A DNA stretch of 51,196 bases from Chloroflexota bacterium (GCA_003250155.1 QKHE01000059.1:1-51196); one strand, 5' to 3'; shown: positions 18,999-27,471, counted from the first letter of the stretch. Notes: generated from the sequence alone by a model not told the origin. Translations and numbers: made by a program.

Positions 18999-20423
18999 GT
19001 GGCAACCGCCGCGGGAGGAGGAGTGGAGACAGGCGCCGAGCCCTTCGATCAGCCGCCCGCCGATCAGGCATCACCCTTGACGGGCGCCGAGGAGGTATCT
19101 CCGGGCCAGGTGCAGCCCGAGACACCTGATCGCCGTCTCGCCGGCCGGCTGGCCGCGTCGCGGCTCGGCCGCGTCGTCGCCGTCGCCGCCGAGAACCTTC
19201 GTGATCCGGCGCGCGCGATCGCCCTCGTCCTGCTCACCGCGCTGATCCTCCGGGTCCTGTGGCTGAACCTGCCCGCCCGGACGCTGATCTTCGACGAGGC
19301 GTACTACGTCAATGCCGCGCGGGTCATCCTGGGCCTGCCGGCCGGGACCCACTACGCGGCCAGCCCGGTCGGCCTCGACCCGAACACCGAGCACCCGCCG
19401 CTCGGCAAGCTGGCGATGGCCGCCTCGATGGCCGTCTTCGGTGACAACGGCCTCGGCTGGCGGCTGCCGAGCGTGATCGCGGCGATGGTCGCGCTGCTGG
19501 CCGTGTACCGGATCGTCCGGGCAACGGACAAGTCTGTCTGGCTCGCGGTGCTGGTCGTGACGCTCGTGTCGCTCGACAACCTGACGATGGTCCACGGCCG
19601 GATCGGGACGCTCGACATGCTCGTCCTGGCGCCGATGCTGGTGGGTTCATGGCTGGCGCTGGAGCGACGCTGGCTCCTGGCAGGCCTGGCGATGGGCATC
19701 GCCCTGCTCGTGAAGCTCACCGCGCTGTACGGCATCGGGGCCGTGATCCTGTACCTGCTCCTGACCGACGGCCCGGCCTGGTGGCGTGCCCGTCGCGTGC
19801 GCCTGCGAGAGCTGGCGGGTCCTGTCGTCTTCGGCGTCGTCACGATGGCCGTCGCCCTGGGCGGCCTGACGGTGCTCGATGCGCGGTACACGTCCTTCGC
19901 CTCGCCGTTCGATCACATCGCCCGGATGGTCGACTACGGCGCGAACCTCCGCGCCCCGATCACCACCGGCTTCTGCCCCGAGGCGGACAGCCGTCCCTGG
20001 CAGTGGCTGTTCAACGAGTGCCAGATCCAGTACCTGCGGGTCGACGTCACGGTCCGTGCCGGCGAGGAGATCGTCGCCAAGATCCCGCGCGTCGACTTCC
20101 GCGGCGCCCTCAACCCGCTGCTGGCCGCCGCGATCCCGCTCGCCGGGCTGTTCGCGGCCTGGTACGCGTGGCGAACGCGGAACCAGCTTGCCTTGTGGGC
20201 CGTGGCCTGGGCGACCGCGAACTACCTCCCATACCTCGCCCTCGCGGCATTCACGCCGCGGATCATGTACCTGTACTACGCGCTGCCGCTCGTTCCGGCG
20301 ATTGCGATCGCCATCGCCCTGCTGCTCCTCCGCGGCGGTCTCCCGCGCCCGGTCCGATGGGGCTTCCTGGCGGCCTACGTCCTCGGCTTCGTGGCCTACT
20401 TCCCGTTCCGCCAGGTGCCCTGA
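18999..20423 (+). CDS. GT39/PMT-family glycosyltransferase (protein O-mannosyltransferase-like)
   Basis: First-loop FDEAYYVNAA (DE motif), NTEHPPLGK, and many TM helices. The exact start is uncertain (GTG 18999). Confidence 0.8.
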   Translation: MATAAGGGVETGAEPFDQPPADQASPLTGAEEVSPGQVQPETPDRRLAGRLAASRLGRVVAVAAENLRDPARAIALVLLTALILRVLWLNLPARTLIFDEAYYVNAARVILGLPAGTHYAASPVGLDPNTEHPPLGKLAMAASMAVFGDNGLGWRLPSVIAAMVALLAVYRIVRATDKSVWLAVLVVTLVSLDNLTMVHGRIGTLDMLVLAPMLVGSWLALERRWLLAGLAMGIALLVKLTALYGIGAVILYLLLTDGPAWWRARRVRLRELAGPVVFGVVTMAVALGGLTVLDARYTSFASPFDHIARMVDYGANLRAPITTGFCPEADSRPWQWLFNECQIQYLRVDVTVRAGEEIVAKIPRVDFRGALNPLLAAAIPLAGLFAAWYAWRTRNQLALWAVAWATANYLPYLALAAFTPRIMYLYYALPLVPAIAIAIALLLLRGGLPRPVRWGFLAAYVLGFVAYFPFRQVP

Positions 20424-20463
20424 GCCGGCGGGCGCAGCGGGATGCGGCTGTCGTGCGTCGCGC

Positions 20464-22293
20464 TCACGGCCCGAGGTCGATGACGTCCGCCGCGAGCGCA
20501 TTGGCGTACGGGGCTCCCGTCGCCGCGTCCGAGATCGCGAACGAGTAGCGGTACCGGCCGCCGGGTGGTTCGTCGGGCAGCCACGACATCCAGATCGTCC
20601 GGCGTGAGCCGGCCTCGACCGTCGCGTCGCCATACCACGCCGACCACACGCCCTCGCCACTCTCGCGGTGGAGGCTGAACTGCAGGCGGACCGGCCCGAC
20701 CGAGCCGCCGCGGTTCTCGATCCGGGCCCACAGCTCCACGCCGCGACTGGCGCCGCGGATCGGCATGTGGCCGAGCTCGACGACCTCGACCTCGGGCGAG
20801 CCGGGTGCGCCGCCCCAGCCGAGCGCCACGGGAGCGAGCGGCGGGAAGGGGAACGACAGCGCCAGCGTGACGATGGCGAGGGCGAGCGACCCGCGGGCGA
20901 CGATCCCGGTCGCGAGGGTCGGTCGCCGGAGCGACAGGCCGACGGCCAGCAGGCCGAAGCCAAGGCCAAGCAGCAGGACCACCAGGACCGCGACGCCGGC
21001 GAGGCCCCAGCGGATCCAGGCCCCCGTCTCGGCGACGCCCCCCGAGGTGAGCCGCGGCAGCCACAGGTCGAACAGCGGATCGACGACCCGCTCCGGGGCG
21101 TTCGGCATCGTGATCGTGGCGACCACGAACACCCCGGCGCCCACGAGCATGAGCGGGATGGCAACCGTCCGGGCCGCCCGCGGAATCAGCGCGACGAGCA
21201 GCGCCGCGAAGGGCAGCGCTGGCATCAGGTAGCGCGGCCCGGGGGTCCAACCGCCGAGCGGGTTGAGGGCGCCGCTGTTGTAGGTCAGGAAGGCAGCACA
21301 CATCGCCGCGGCGAGCAGGACCTCCGCTCGCAGCTCGCGCCGCCGAAGCGCGACGAGGCCGAGCGGCACGAGCGCGAACCACGGCGCGAGTCGGACCAGC
21401 CCTCGCGGACCGAGGAGCAGTTCCCAGGTCGTCGACAGCGACGGCCAGACGATCGAGACGAGGCCCTGCGCGTTCTGCTCGGCGAAGGCGACGGTGTACT
21501 GGTAGCCGATGCTGAACGGGTTTCCGAACGTCAGCCAGTCATAGGCCATCAGGACGGCGGCCAAGGGGAGCCCGCCGGCCACGAAGCCGATGGCGGCCCG
21601 GCGCCCGAGCGGAAGCGCGTAGGCGAACAGCAGCGCAACGCCGAGGACAACCGGGATCTCGATCAGGACCGCCCAACCGGCGAGGAAACCGGCTCCGACC
21701 GGCAGCCAGCGTCCCGGCGTGGTCCGCTGGCGGTACAGCAGATAGAACGCCGCGAACAGCGCGGCGGTCGAGGCCGCGTGCCCGAAGAACATCGTCGCGA
21801 ACGGGAAGGCCATCGATCCGAGGCCGTACGCGAGCCCGACTCCGATCGCCCATGCGTCGCCGACATGCGGCCGCAGGAACGAGATCAACAGCACGACCAG
21901 GAGTGCCGTCGCAATCCCGCTCTCGACGAAGGCCAGGGCCTGCACCGCCTCGTCTTGCGAAGGCGTGCCGCGGCCCACGAGCCCGCTGCTCAAGCTGGCT
22001 GCGGCGTAGACCGGGACCCCGATCAGCGCGCTGCCCGGCGCCTTGTCCGAATACCAGTGGCCGTCGTAGAACGCCTTGTCGCCGGTGTTCTCGTGGAAGC
22101 TGTCGATCCGGGTCGTGCGCTCCTCCGTGATCGCGCGCACGAGGTCGTAGCGGCTGTACTCATTCCAGGCCGGCCGCTGCTGGACGAAGCCGTACGCGAA
22201 GAGCAGGAGCGCGGCCACGAGGACGCTCCGCTGCCCTTGCCCGGAGAGGCTCGACCACCACCGCCGTGGTGCGCTCAACATCATCGGAAGCAT
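20464..22293 (-). CDS. GT-C-fold-like polytopic membrane protein with a C-terminal extracytoplasmic beta-rich domain (putative glycosyltransferase)
   Basis: 609 aa. It has a long first loop with acidic residues (FHENTGDKAFYDGHWYSDKAPG), more than 10 TM helices, and a soluble C-terminal stretch of about 110 aa (VELWARIENRGG..RYRYSFAISD). The gene call is solid; the function is inferred. Confidence 0.6.
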   Translation of the reverse strand: MLPMMLSAPRRWWSSLSGQGQRSVLVAALLLFAYGFVQQRPAWNEYSRYDLVRAITEERTTRIDSFHENTGDKAFYDGHWYSDKAPGSALIGVPVYAAASLSSGLVGRGTPSQDEAVQALAFVESGIATALLVVLLISFLRPHVGDAWAIGVGLAYGLGSMAFPFATMFFGHAASTAALFAAFYLLYRQRTTPGRWLPVGAGFLAGWAVLIEIPVVLGVALLFAYALPLGRRAAIGFVAGGLPLAAVLMAYDWLTFGNPFSIGYQYTVAFAEQNAQGLVSIVWPSLSTTWELLLGPRGLVRLAPWFALVPLGLVALRRRELRAEVLLAAAMCAAFLTYNSGALNPLGGWTPGPRYLMPALPFAALLVALIPRAARTVAIPLMLVGAGVFVVATITMPNAPERVVDPLFDLWLPRLTSGGVAETGAWIRWGLAGVAVLVVLLLGLGFGLLAVGLSLRRPTLATGIVARGSLALAIVTLALSFPFPPLAPVALGWGGAPGSPEVEVVELGHMPIRGASRGVELWARIENRGGSVGPVRLQFSLHRESGEGVWSAWYGDATVEAGSRRTIWMSWLPDEPPGGRYRYSFAISDAATGAPYANALAADVIDLGP

Positions 22294-22412
22294 GCCACTG
22301 CGCGGCGGCGTCGATCCCGGTCAAGCGGGCCGGCGGTCGCGCGCCGGAAACACGAAGAGGGCCCGGTCACCCGGGCCCTCTTCGATCGGTCAGGTCCCTG
22401 GCGGGACGACGG

Positions 22413-23093
22413 TTAGCGCCGGTTCTTGGCCCGCGACGGGGTCAGGATGACCGCGCCGGCAAGGAAGGCGCCGAGCGCCGCGACCAGGAGCCACGAGCCC
22501 TGGGACGGGCCGGACGGCCCATCACCGACCATCGTCGTCGGAGGAAGCGTCGGGGTATCGGTCTCGCCGCTCGTCTCCTGGGTGAAGGTCGTGGTCGTGG
22601 TCGTCTCTTCGGTCGTCGTCGTCGTGGTCGTCTCTTCGGTCGTCGTCGTCGTGGTCGTCTCTTCGGTCGTCGTGGTCGTGGTCTCCTGCTCGTCGCAGAA
22701 GATCATGTGGCTGATGTTCTTGTCGCCCTCGTCGAAGGCGTTCGAACCGTTCGAGTCGGCCCACACGGTCTCGCCCGCGCTGGCGTTCGCGAAGAGGGTC
22801 AGCGAGTTCGGGTCGTCGCCCGCGCTCGAGCCGGCCTTGACGACGACCAGCGCGTAGCTCGCGCCGAGGACGTACGTCGCCTGGTCGACACCGAGATCAC
22901 CCTGACCGGCATTCCACTTGAAGCAGTTGTCGTAGCCGGACGACTCCCACCACTCGGCTGCGTTGTTCTCGCTGGTGCTGGCCATGTGGCCGGTGACGGT
23001 CGCCCAGACGGGATCCGCCGTCGCCGTGCCGGTGAGCGCGAATGCGAGCGCGCCCGCGGCGACCAGCGCCGAAAGTTTCTTCAGAGACTCCAT
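22413..23093 (-). CDS. Secreted Thr-repeat protein with a C-terminal TM anchor and basic tail
   Basis: GGAGGG RBS. Signal peptide (ALAFALTGTATA), then a 2-Cys domain of about 100 aa, then (EETTTTTTT)n, then a C-terminal LLVAALGAFLAGAVIL helix followed by RAKNRR. Confidence 0.85.
   Translation of the reverse strand: MESLKKLSALVAAGALAFALTGTATADPVWATVTGHMASTSENNAAEWWESSGYDNCFKWNAGQGDLGVDQATYVLGASYALVVVKAGSSAGDDPNSLTLFANASAGETVWADSNGSNAFDEGDKNISHMIFCDEQETTTTTTEETTTTTTTEETTTTTTTEETTTTTTFTQETSGETDTPTLPPTTMVGDGPSGPSQGSWLLVAALGAFLAGAVILTPSRAKNRR
22597..22673 (-). repeat. 27-bp tandem repeat, about 2.85 copies, coding for EETTTTTTT
   Basis: Unit gtggtcgtctcttcggtcgtcgtcgtc at 22597, an identical copy at 22624, and a truncated copy at 22651. 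Lies inside CDS 22413..23093. Confidence 0.9.
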
Positions 23094-23219
23094 GGTGCGT
23101 TGTCCCTCCTGTTCGAGACCGTGACCGCTGCACGTTCCCGTGCCAGACAGCTCCCGCCGCCTCCGCTGCTTCGTCGGGCCCCTGTTCCCGATCGAGCGGA
23201 CCCGTAGTTTGCCTGACGG

Positions 23220-23238
23220 GTACTAGCCCGTCTAGTAC
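23220..23238. promoter_or_regulatory. AT-rich palindrome GTACTAG-cccgt-CTAGTAC in the divergent region between the Thr-repeat gene and argS
   Basis: Perfect 7-nt arms. It lies in a local low-GC patch that also holds further GTAC motifs (cgtacctatgtactc). Confidence 0.3.
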
Positions 23239-23407
23239 TCATGGAGGGCACGGATTCGTACCTATGTACTCACCACCGCACCGCACCGGACGCAATAGCG
23301 GTGCGTCCCGTCACAACTTCCGGTCGAGGGTCCTGGTCCGTTCGTCCCAATGGGCCGCGGCGCGGCGGGCGGCGGATCCGGCAGCGCGACCGACGTCGCT
23401 CGATACC

Positions 23408-25111
23408 ATGTCGCGGATGCTCGACTCCACCCCCGCCGCGCCACCGGCAACCCTCCGCGGGGCGATCCGCGACGCGATCGAGCGGGCTCTCGGAGAGGCG
23501 GTCGCGGCCGGGGACATCGGGCCGCTCGACGAGCCGCGGCCGATCGAGGTTCAGCGGTCCGGCAAGCCCGAGCATGGCGACTACGCCACGAACGTCGCCC
23601 TGCAGCTGGCCCGCCCGCTGCGCATGCCGCCGCTGGCCATCGCGAGCGCGATCGCGGCGCGGTTGCAGGACGCAGCCGGCGTCGTCGACAGCGCTGAAGC
23701 GGTCGCGCCCGGGTTCGTCAACATCCGCCTCGCCGATCCGGCCCTGGCAGCGGTCGTCGACGCGGCCCGCCGCGAACCGGACCACTGGGGGCGGCTGGCC
23801 GGGCCGGCCGAATCCACCGGCCGACACGTCAACGTCGAGTTCGTATCAGCCAACCCGACCGGGCCGCTGACCGTCGGCAACGCCCGCGGGGCGTTCGTCG
23901 GTGACCTTCTCGCCCGAGTGCTCGAAGCCGGTGGACAGCGGGTCACGCGCGAGTACTACTTCAACGACTCGAGCGCCCAGGTTCGAAACCTGGGGGCCTC
24001 CGTCCTGGCGCAGCGCGAGGGCCGTCCGATCCCCGAGGACGGCTATCACGGCGACTACGTGATCGCGCTCGCGACCGAGCTGCCGCAGGAGCTGATCGCG
24101 CCGCGGCCGGGCGAATCGGACCCCGATGCCCGGGCGTGGGCCGTCGGGCATTGGGCCTCGGCGCGGATCCGCGAGGGGATCGAAGCCTCCCTGGCCCACC
24201 TCGGCGTCCGCTTCGATGCCTGGACGACCGAGGGCAGCCTCGCGACCGAGGGCTGGGTCGACCAGGCGATCGAGCGCCTCCGCGACGGCGGGCACCTGTA
24301 CGAGCAGGACGGCGCGACGTGGTTCCGCTCGACCGCGTTCGGCGACGACAAGGACCGGGTCGTCATCCGTTCGAACGGTGAGCGAACGTACTTCGCGTTC
24401 GACATCGGCTATGTCATCCAGAAGTTCAGCCGCGGCTTCGACCACCTGATCTACATCTGGGGCGCGGACCACCACGGGACCGTCGCTCGGGTGCGCAACG
24501 CCGCCGCGGCGATGGGCTTCGACAAGGCCCGCGTCGAGATGATCCTGACCGGCTGGGTCCATTTCGTGCGCGATGGGGTCGAGGTCTCGATGTCGAAGCG
24601 GGCGGGCACGTTCATCACGCTCGACGACCTGCTCGAGCAGCTCGGCGTCGACGCAGCGCGGTGGTACTTCGCCAGCCGCGGCGCGAACGTCAACATGGAC
24701 GTCGACATCGAGCTGGCCCGGCGCCAGTCGAGCGAGAACCCCGTCTACTACGTCCAGTACGCGCACGCGCGAATCGCCTCGATCCTGCGCAAGGCGGCCG
24801 AGGCCGGGCTCCAGCCGGCAGCGTCCGTCGGTGGGCTCCTGGCGGAGGCGCCGGACGCCATTCTGGCGAGGATCGTGGCCCGCTTCCCCGAGGTCGTCGA
24901 GGACGCTGCGGCGGCCCAGGAGACCCAGGGCGTGACGACGTACGCCACCGAGCTCGCGACGGCGTTCCATGCCTACTACCGCGACGCTCGTGTCATCGAC
25001 GCCGGATCGCCGGAGCGCAGCGCGCGGCGGCTGGCGCTGGTCGACGCGACCCGGATCACCCTGGCCAGCGCGCTCGGCCTGCTCGGCATCTCCGCGCCGG
25101 AGGCGATGTAG
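23408..25111 (+). CDS. argS: Arginyl-tRNA synthetase (HIGH signature reads TVGN)
   Basis: Long-type ArgS: FVSANPTGPL..ARGAFVGD, YYFNDSSAQ, VSMSKRAG. Start trimmed to ATG 23408. Confidence 0.9.
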   Translation: MSRMLDSTPAAPPATLRGAIRDAIERALGEAVAAGDIGPLDEPRPIEVQRSGKPEHGDYATNVALQLARPLRMPPLAIASAIAARLQDAAGVVDSAEAVAPGFVNIRLADPALAAVVDAARREPDHWGRLAGPAESTGRHVNVEFVSANPTGPLTVGNARGAFVGDLLARVLEAGGQRVTREYYFNDSSAQVRNLGASVLAQREGRPIPEDGYHGDYVIALATELPQELIAPRPGESDPDARAWAVGHWASARIREGIEASLAHLGVRFDAWTTEGSLATEGWVDQAIERLRDGGHLYEQDGATWFRSTAFGDDKDRVVIRSNGERTYFAFDIGYVIQKFSRGFDHLIYIWGADHHGTVARVRNAAAAMGFDKARVEMILTGWVHFVRDGVEVSMSKRAGTFITLDDLLEQLGVDAARWYFASRGANVNMDVDIELARRQSSENPVYYVQYAHARIASILRKAAEAGLQPAASVGGLLAEAPDAILARIVARFPEVVEDAAAAQETQGVTTYATELATAFHAYYRDARVIDAGSPERSARRLALVDATRITLASALGLLGISAPEAM

Positions 25112-25116
25112 CGCCG

Positions 25117-26433
25117 CTACCCGGCGAGGGCATCCCCCAGCGCCGCGGGGCCGACGGCGATCAGCACTCGGATCGCGTCCCGAATGATCCGCGCCTCGAG
25201 CCCGAGGCCGTCGATCGCGGTCGCCGCGGCGGTCGCGAACTCGCCGGCAGCCGCGCTCGAATCCCACTCGGTCACGAGCGCGAGGGCCAGCGCGCCGTCC
25301 GGCCCGCGCAGCATGACCGCCCGATCGCCGCCCCAGCCGGCCGCCGCGGCTCGCGCGGCCGTCGCATCAAGGCCCCCCTCGCGGAGCCAGATCCCGAGGA
25401 TCGCCTCGCCGAGCGTGTCGCGGCCCGCCTCCGTCCAGCCGTTGCCGAGGGCATCGGCGAGCCCGCCTGGCACGGCGACCACGATCGGCGCTTCCGCGGC
25501 CGCGTACTTCTCTGGATGCATCAGCTGCTCGGTCGAAGTCGGCGGGTCGGCGTAGGCGGCGTCGACCGCCGCGAATCCTCCGCTGGCGAGCAGCGCGCTC
25601 ACGAACGCGAGCCCCTCGCGATACGGGAACAGCGAGGTCTCGCGCAGGATCGCGGGCGCACGGCGGAGCGCGTCCAACCCCGCCGGATCGAGTGACGCCT
25701 GGAAGATCTCGCCGAGCTCCTCGGGCGTCAGCGCCGTCTGCATCCACGCCGACTGCACGGCCGTCGCGTCGCCCTCGACGAGCGAGGCCGTCGCCAAGAC
25801 CCGATCGCCCTCGTCGCTCACGTCGAGGCCAAGCGAGCCGAGGTCGAAATGCTGGTCCTGGAGCTGGTGGGTGTACTCGTGGGCATACGTCGCCCACTCG
25901 ACGGGTCCGACACCACCCGAGCGGCTGACGACGAACAGCTCGTCGCGCTCCGGCGAGTAGTAGCCGGCGACCTGGCCAGTCAGCAGGTCGAGGTTTGCGT
26001 CGCGCAGGGAGACGCCGGGCGCCAGCAGCCCGAGCGCGCGGTACATGTCCTCGGCGATCGCGATCGCCTCCGGGGAGTTCTCGGCGTCGAACTCGGCCTC
26101 GAGATTGGTCCGAAGCGTTGCCTCGTCGATGATCACGGGCGCCACGTCGCCCTCCGGCCGGAGGCCCCGGATACCCTCGACCGCGGCCCGGATCTCGGCC
26201 AGCTTGGGCTCCGTGGCGGGATGCGGCGTGCCCGTCGCGGCTGGCGCGCTCGCTGTCGGGCCGAGCGTCGCGCTCGGCCGCGGCGATGGCGTGATCCCGG
26301 GGGAGGCCGTGGGAACCGCGCCGCATGCCGCGAGCACCAGCGCCATAGCGACGATCGCGAGTCCGGGCGCCGGCCGGGGAGGCGGCTGTGACGGCGATCG
26401 TGGCCGCAGTCGCGGAGGGATTCGAGGAGCCAT
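25117..26433 (-). CDS. Secreted HExxH zinc-metalloprotease-like lipoprotein
   Basis: Lipobox LAACG, Pro/Thr/Ser linker, YAHEYTHQLQDQ (HExxH), and a downstream LVEGDAT as a possible third ligand. Confidence 0.7.
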   Translation of the reverse strand: MAPRIPPRLRPRSPSQPPPRPAPGLAIVAMALVLAACGAVPTASPGITPSPRPSATLGPTASAPAATGTPHPATEPKLAEIRAAVEGIRGLRPEGDVAPVIIDEATLRTNLEAEFDAENSPEAIAIAEDMYRALGLLAPGVSLRDANLDLLTGQVAGYYSPERDELFVVSRSGGVGPVEWATYAHEYTHQLQDQHFDLGSLGLDVSDEGDRVLATASLVEGDATAVQSAWMQTALTPEELGEIFQASLDPAGLDALRRAPAILRETSLFPYREGLAFVSALLASGGFAAVDAAYADPPTSTEQLMHPEKYAAAEAPIVVAVPGGLADALGNGWTEAGRDTLGEAILGIWLREGGLDATAARAAAAGWGGDRAVMLRGPDGALALALVTEWDSSAAAGEFATAAATAIDGLGLEARIIRDAIRVLIAVGPAALGDALAG

Positions 26434-26499
26434 CGAGCGCCGAATCTACCCGCGTGATCGGCGTTCTGGGTGCACGCGCGGACGAGTTGGCGTTTCTTA

Positions 26500-26627
26500 A
26501 CCGGATCGCCCGACCCGTCTGAACCCCACCCTCCTAGTCTCCTCTTCGGACCGAACCCTTCGAGGTTCCATCCTCCCTCCCTCCGACCGGGGGCGCCGAT
26601 TGGGCAGGCGCCTCCGGTCTACTTTTT
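26500..26627 (+). ncRNA. Candidate small RNA: C/U-rich body ending in a strong intrinsic terminator (5' end undefined)
   Basis: There is no credible plus-strand CDS upstream. Contains CCCCACCCTCC, the hairpin GAACC-cttcga-GGTTC, and CATCCTCCCTCCCTCC, followed by the terminator at 26585..26627. Confidence 0.25.
26585..26627 (+). terminator. Rho-independent terminator
   Basis: 13-bp stem GACCGGGGGCGCC / GGCGCCTCCGGTC (one G-U pair), 9-nt loop, then TACTTTTT. The T-run is present only on the plus strand. Confidence 0.55.
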
Positions 26628-26799
26628 CCCGGCGGTCGAGGCGAGCCACTCCCGCCGCGAGTTCCCTCGTCGTTTGGCCGCATGTCGCTGCCAGTGACGA
26701 GGCGGCGTGGCTGCCACCGAGGACGCTGCGCACGACGGGAGGCGGACCCCCTGCGTGTGCCAGAATCTGCCCGATGGAAACGCGCGCGATGGAACCGCA

Positions 26800-27471
26800 A
26801 TGGAGCTGACCTGGTACGGCCAGACGTGCGTGCGGCTGCGGGGCCGCGACGCCGTCGTCGTCGCCGATGCGTACCCCTCGATCGTCGGCCCCACCGGACG
26901 CGGCATCACGGCCGACGTCGCGACGTACAGCCACCCCGACGACCGGCCGCTGCCCCGGGCGAAGGGACGCCGGACGCGGGACGGCAAGACAGTCCTGCCG
27001 ACGAGCCTCGACGCGGCGTTCGCGCTCGACGGGCCCGGCGAGTACGAGATCCGCGACGTCCTCGTGACCGGCGTTCGGACCTACCGTGACGACGAGAAGG
27101 GCGCGACGCGGGGACGCGGGACGGCGTTCGTGGTCGAGCTCGACGGCGTCCACACGATTCACCTCGGCGACGTCGGCCACCTGCTGACCGAGGAGAAGCT
27201 CGGCGACATCGGCTCGGTCGACATCGCCTGCGTCCCGATCGGTGGCGCCCTGTCGGCGACGAAGGCCGCGGAGCTCGTGGCCCAGCTCGACCCGAAGATC
27301 GTCGTGGCGATGCCGGTCTGCCCCGACGAGCGCGACTGCCACGACGCCCTCCAGAAGTTCTTCCACGAGATGGGCGATGAGCCGGAGGCCCAGCCGAAGC
27401 TGACGGTCTCGATCTCGACGCTGCCGGCCGAGACGACGACCGTCCTCCTCGAGGCGCGCGGCAGGACGTAG
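26800..27471 (+). CDS. MBL-fold (Lactamase_B_3/UPF0173-like) protein
   Basis: Begins MELTWYGQTCVRL, typical of this fold family. A canonical HxHxDH is not evident (SHPDD). Start trimmed to ATG 26800. Confidence 0.6.
   Translation: MELTWYGQTCVRLRGRDAVVVADAYPSIVGPTGRGITADVATYSHPDDRPLPRAKGRRTRDGKTVLPTSLDAAFALDGPGEYEIRDVLVTGVRTYRDDEKGATRGRGTAFVVELDGVHTIHLGDVGHLLTEEKLGDIGSVDIACVPIGGALSATKAAELVAQLDPKIVVAMPVCPDERDCHDALQKFFHEMGDEPEAQPKLTVSISTLPAETTTVLLEARGRT

Noticed and set aside
22413-22560. Sortase LPXTG sorting signal in the Thr-repeat protein (TLPPTTM...TM helix...RAKNRR).
   Set aside because: The motif reads LPPTT, lacks the Gly, and sits 14 residues before the helix. No sortase gene is present in the window. 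I call it a C-terminal TM anchor only.
22585-22690. Short direct repeats that might be mistaken for a CRISPR array or an intergenic VNTR.
   Set aside because: The units are contiguous 27-bp copies with no spacers, and they lie in frame inside a CDS, where they encode a Thr-rich linker.
23110-23140. ECF-type promoter (GGGAAC ... GTC) upstream of the Thr-repeat gene.
   Set aside because: The spacing is only 14 nt, and the implied transcription start would fall on the Shine-Dalgarno sequence. This is not convincing without knowing the sigma group's consensus.
23270-23310. Possible T-box element in the argS leader (AATAGCGGTGCGTCCCG versus AAnnnGGGTGGnACCGCG).
   Set aside because: Only about half of the conserved T-box positions match, the UGGN bulge is absent, and I saw no specifier-loop architecture.
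26497-26571. A 24-codon Arg-rich mini-ORF (MEPRRVRSEEETRRVGFRRVGRSG) on the minus strand with a GGAGGGAGGGAGG upstream tract.
   Set aside because: I did not annotate it as a gene because it is too short to judge and competes with the plus-strand sRNA/terminator reading. It is kept only as an alternative within that finding.
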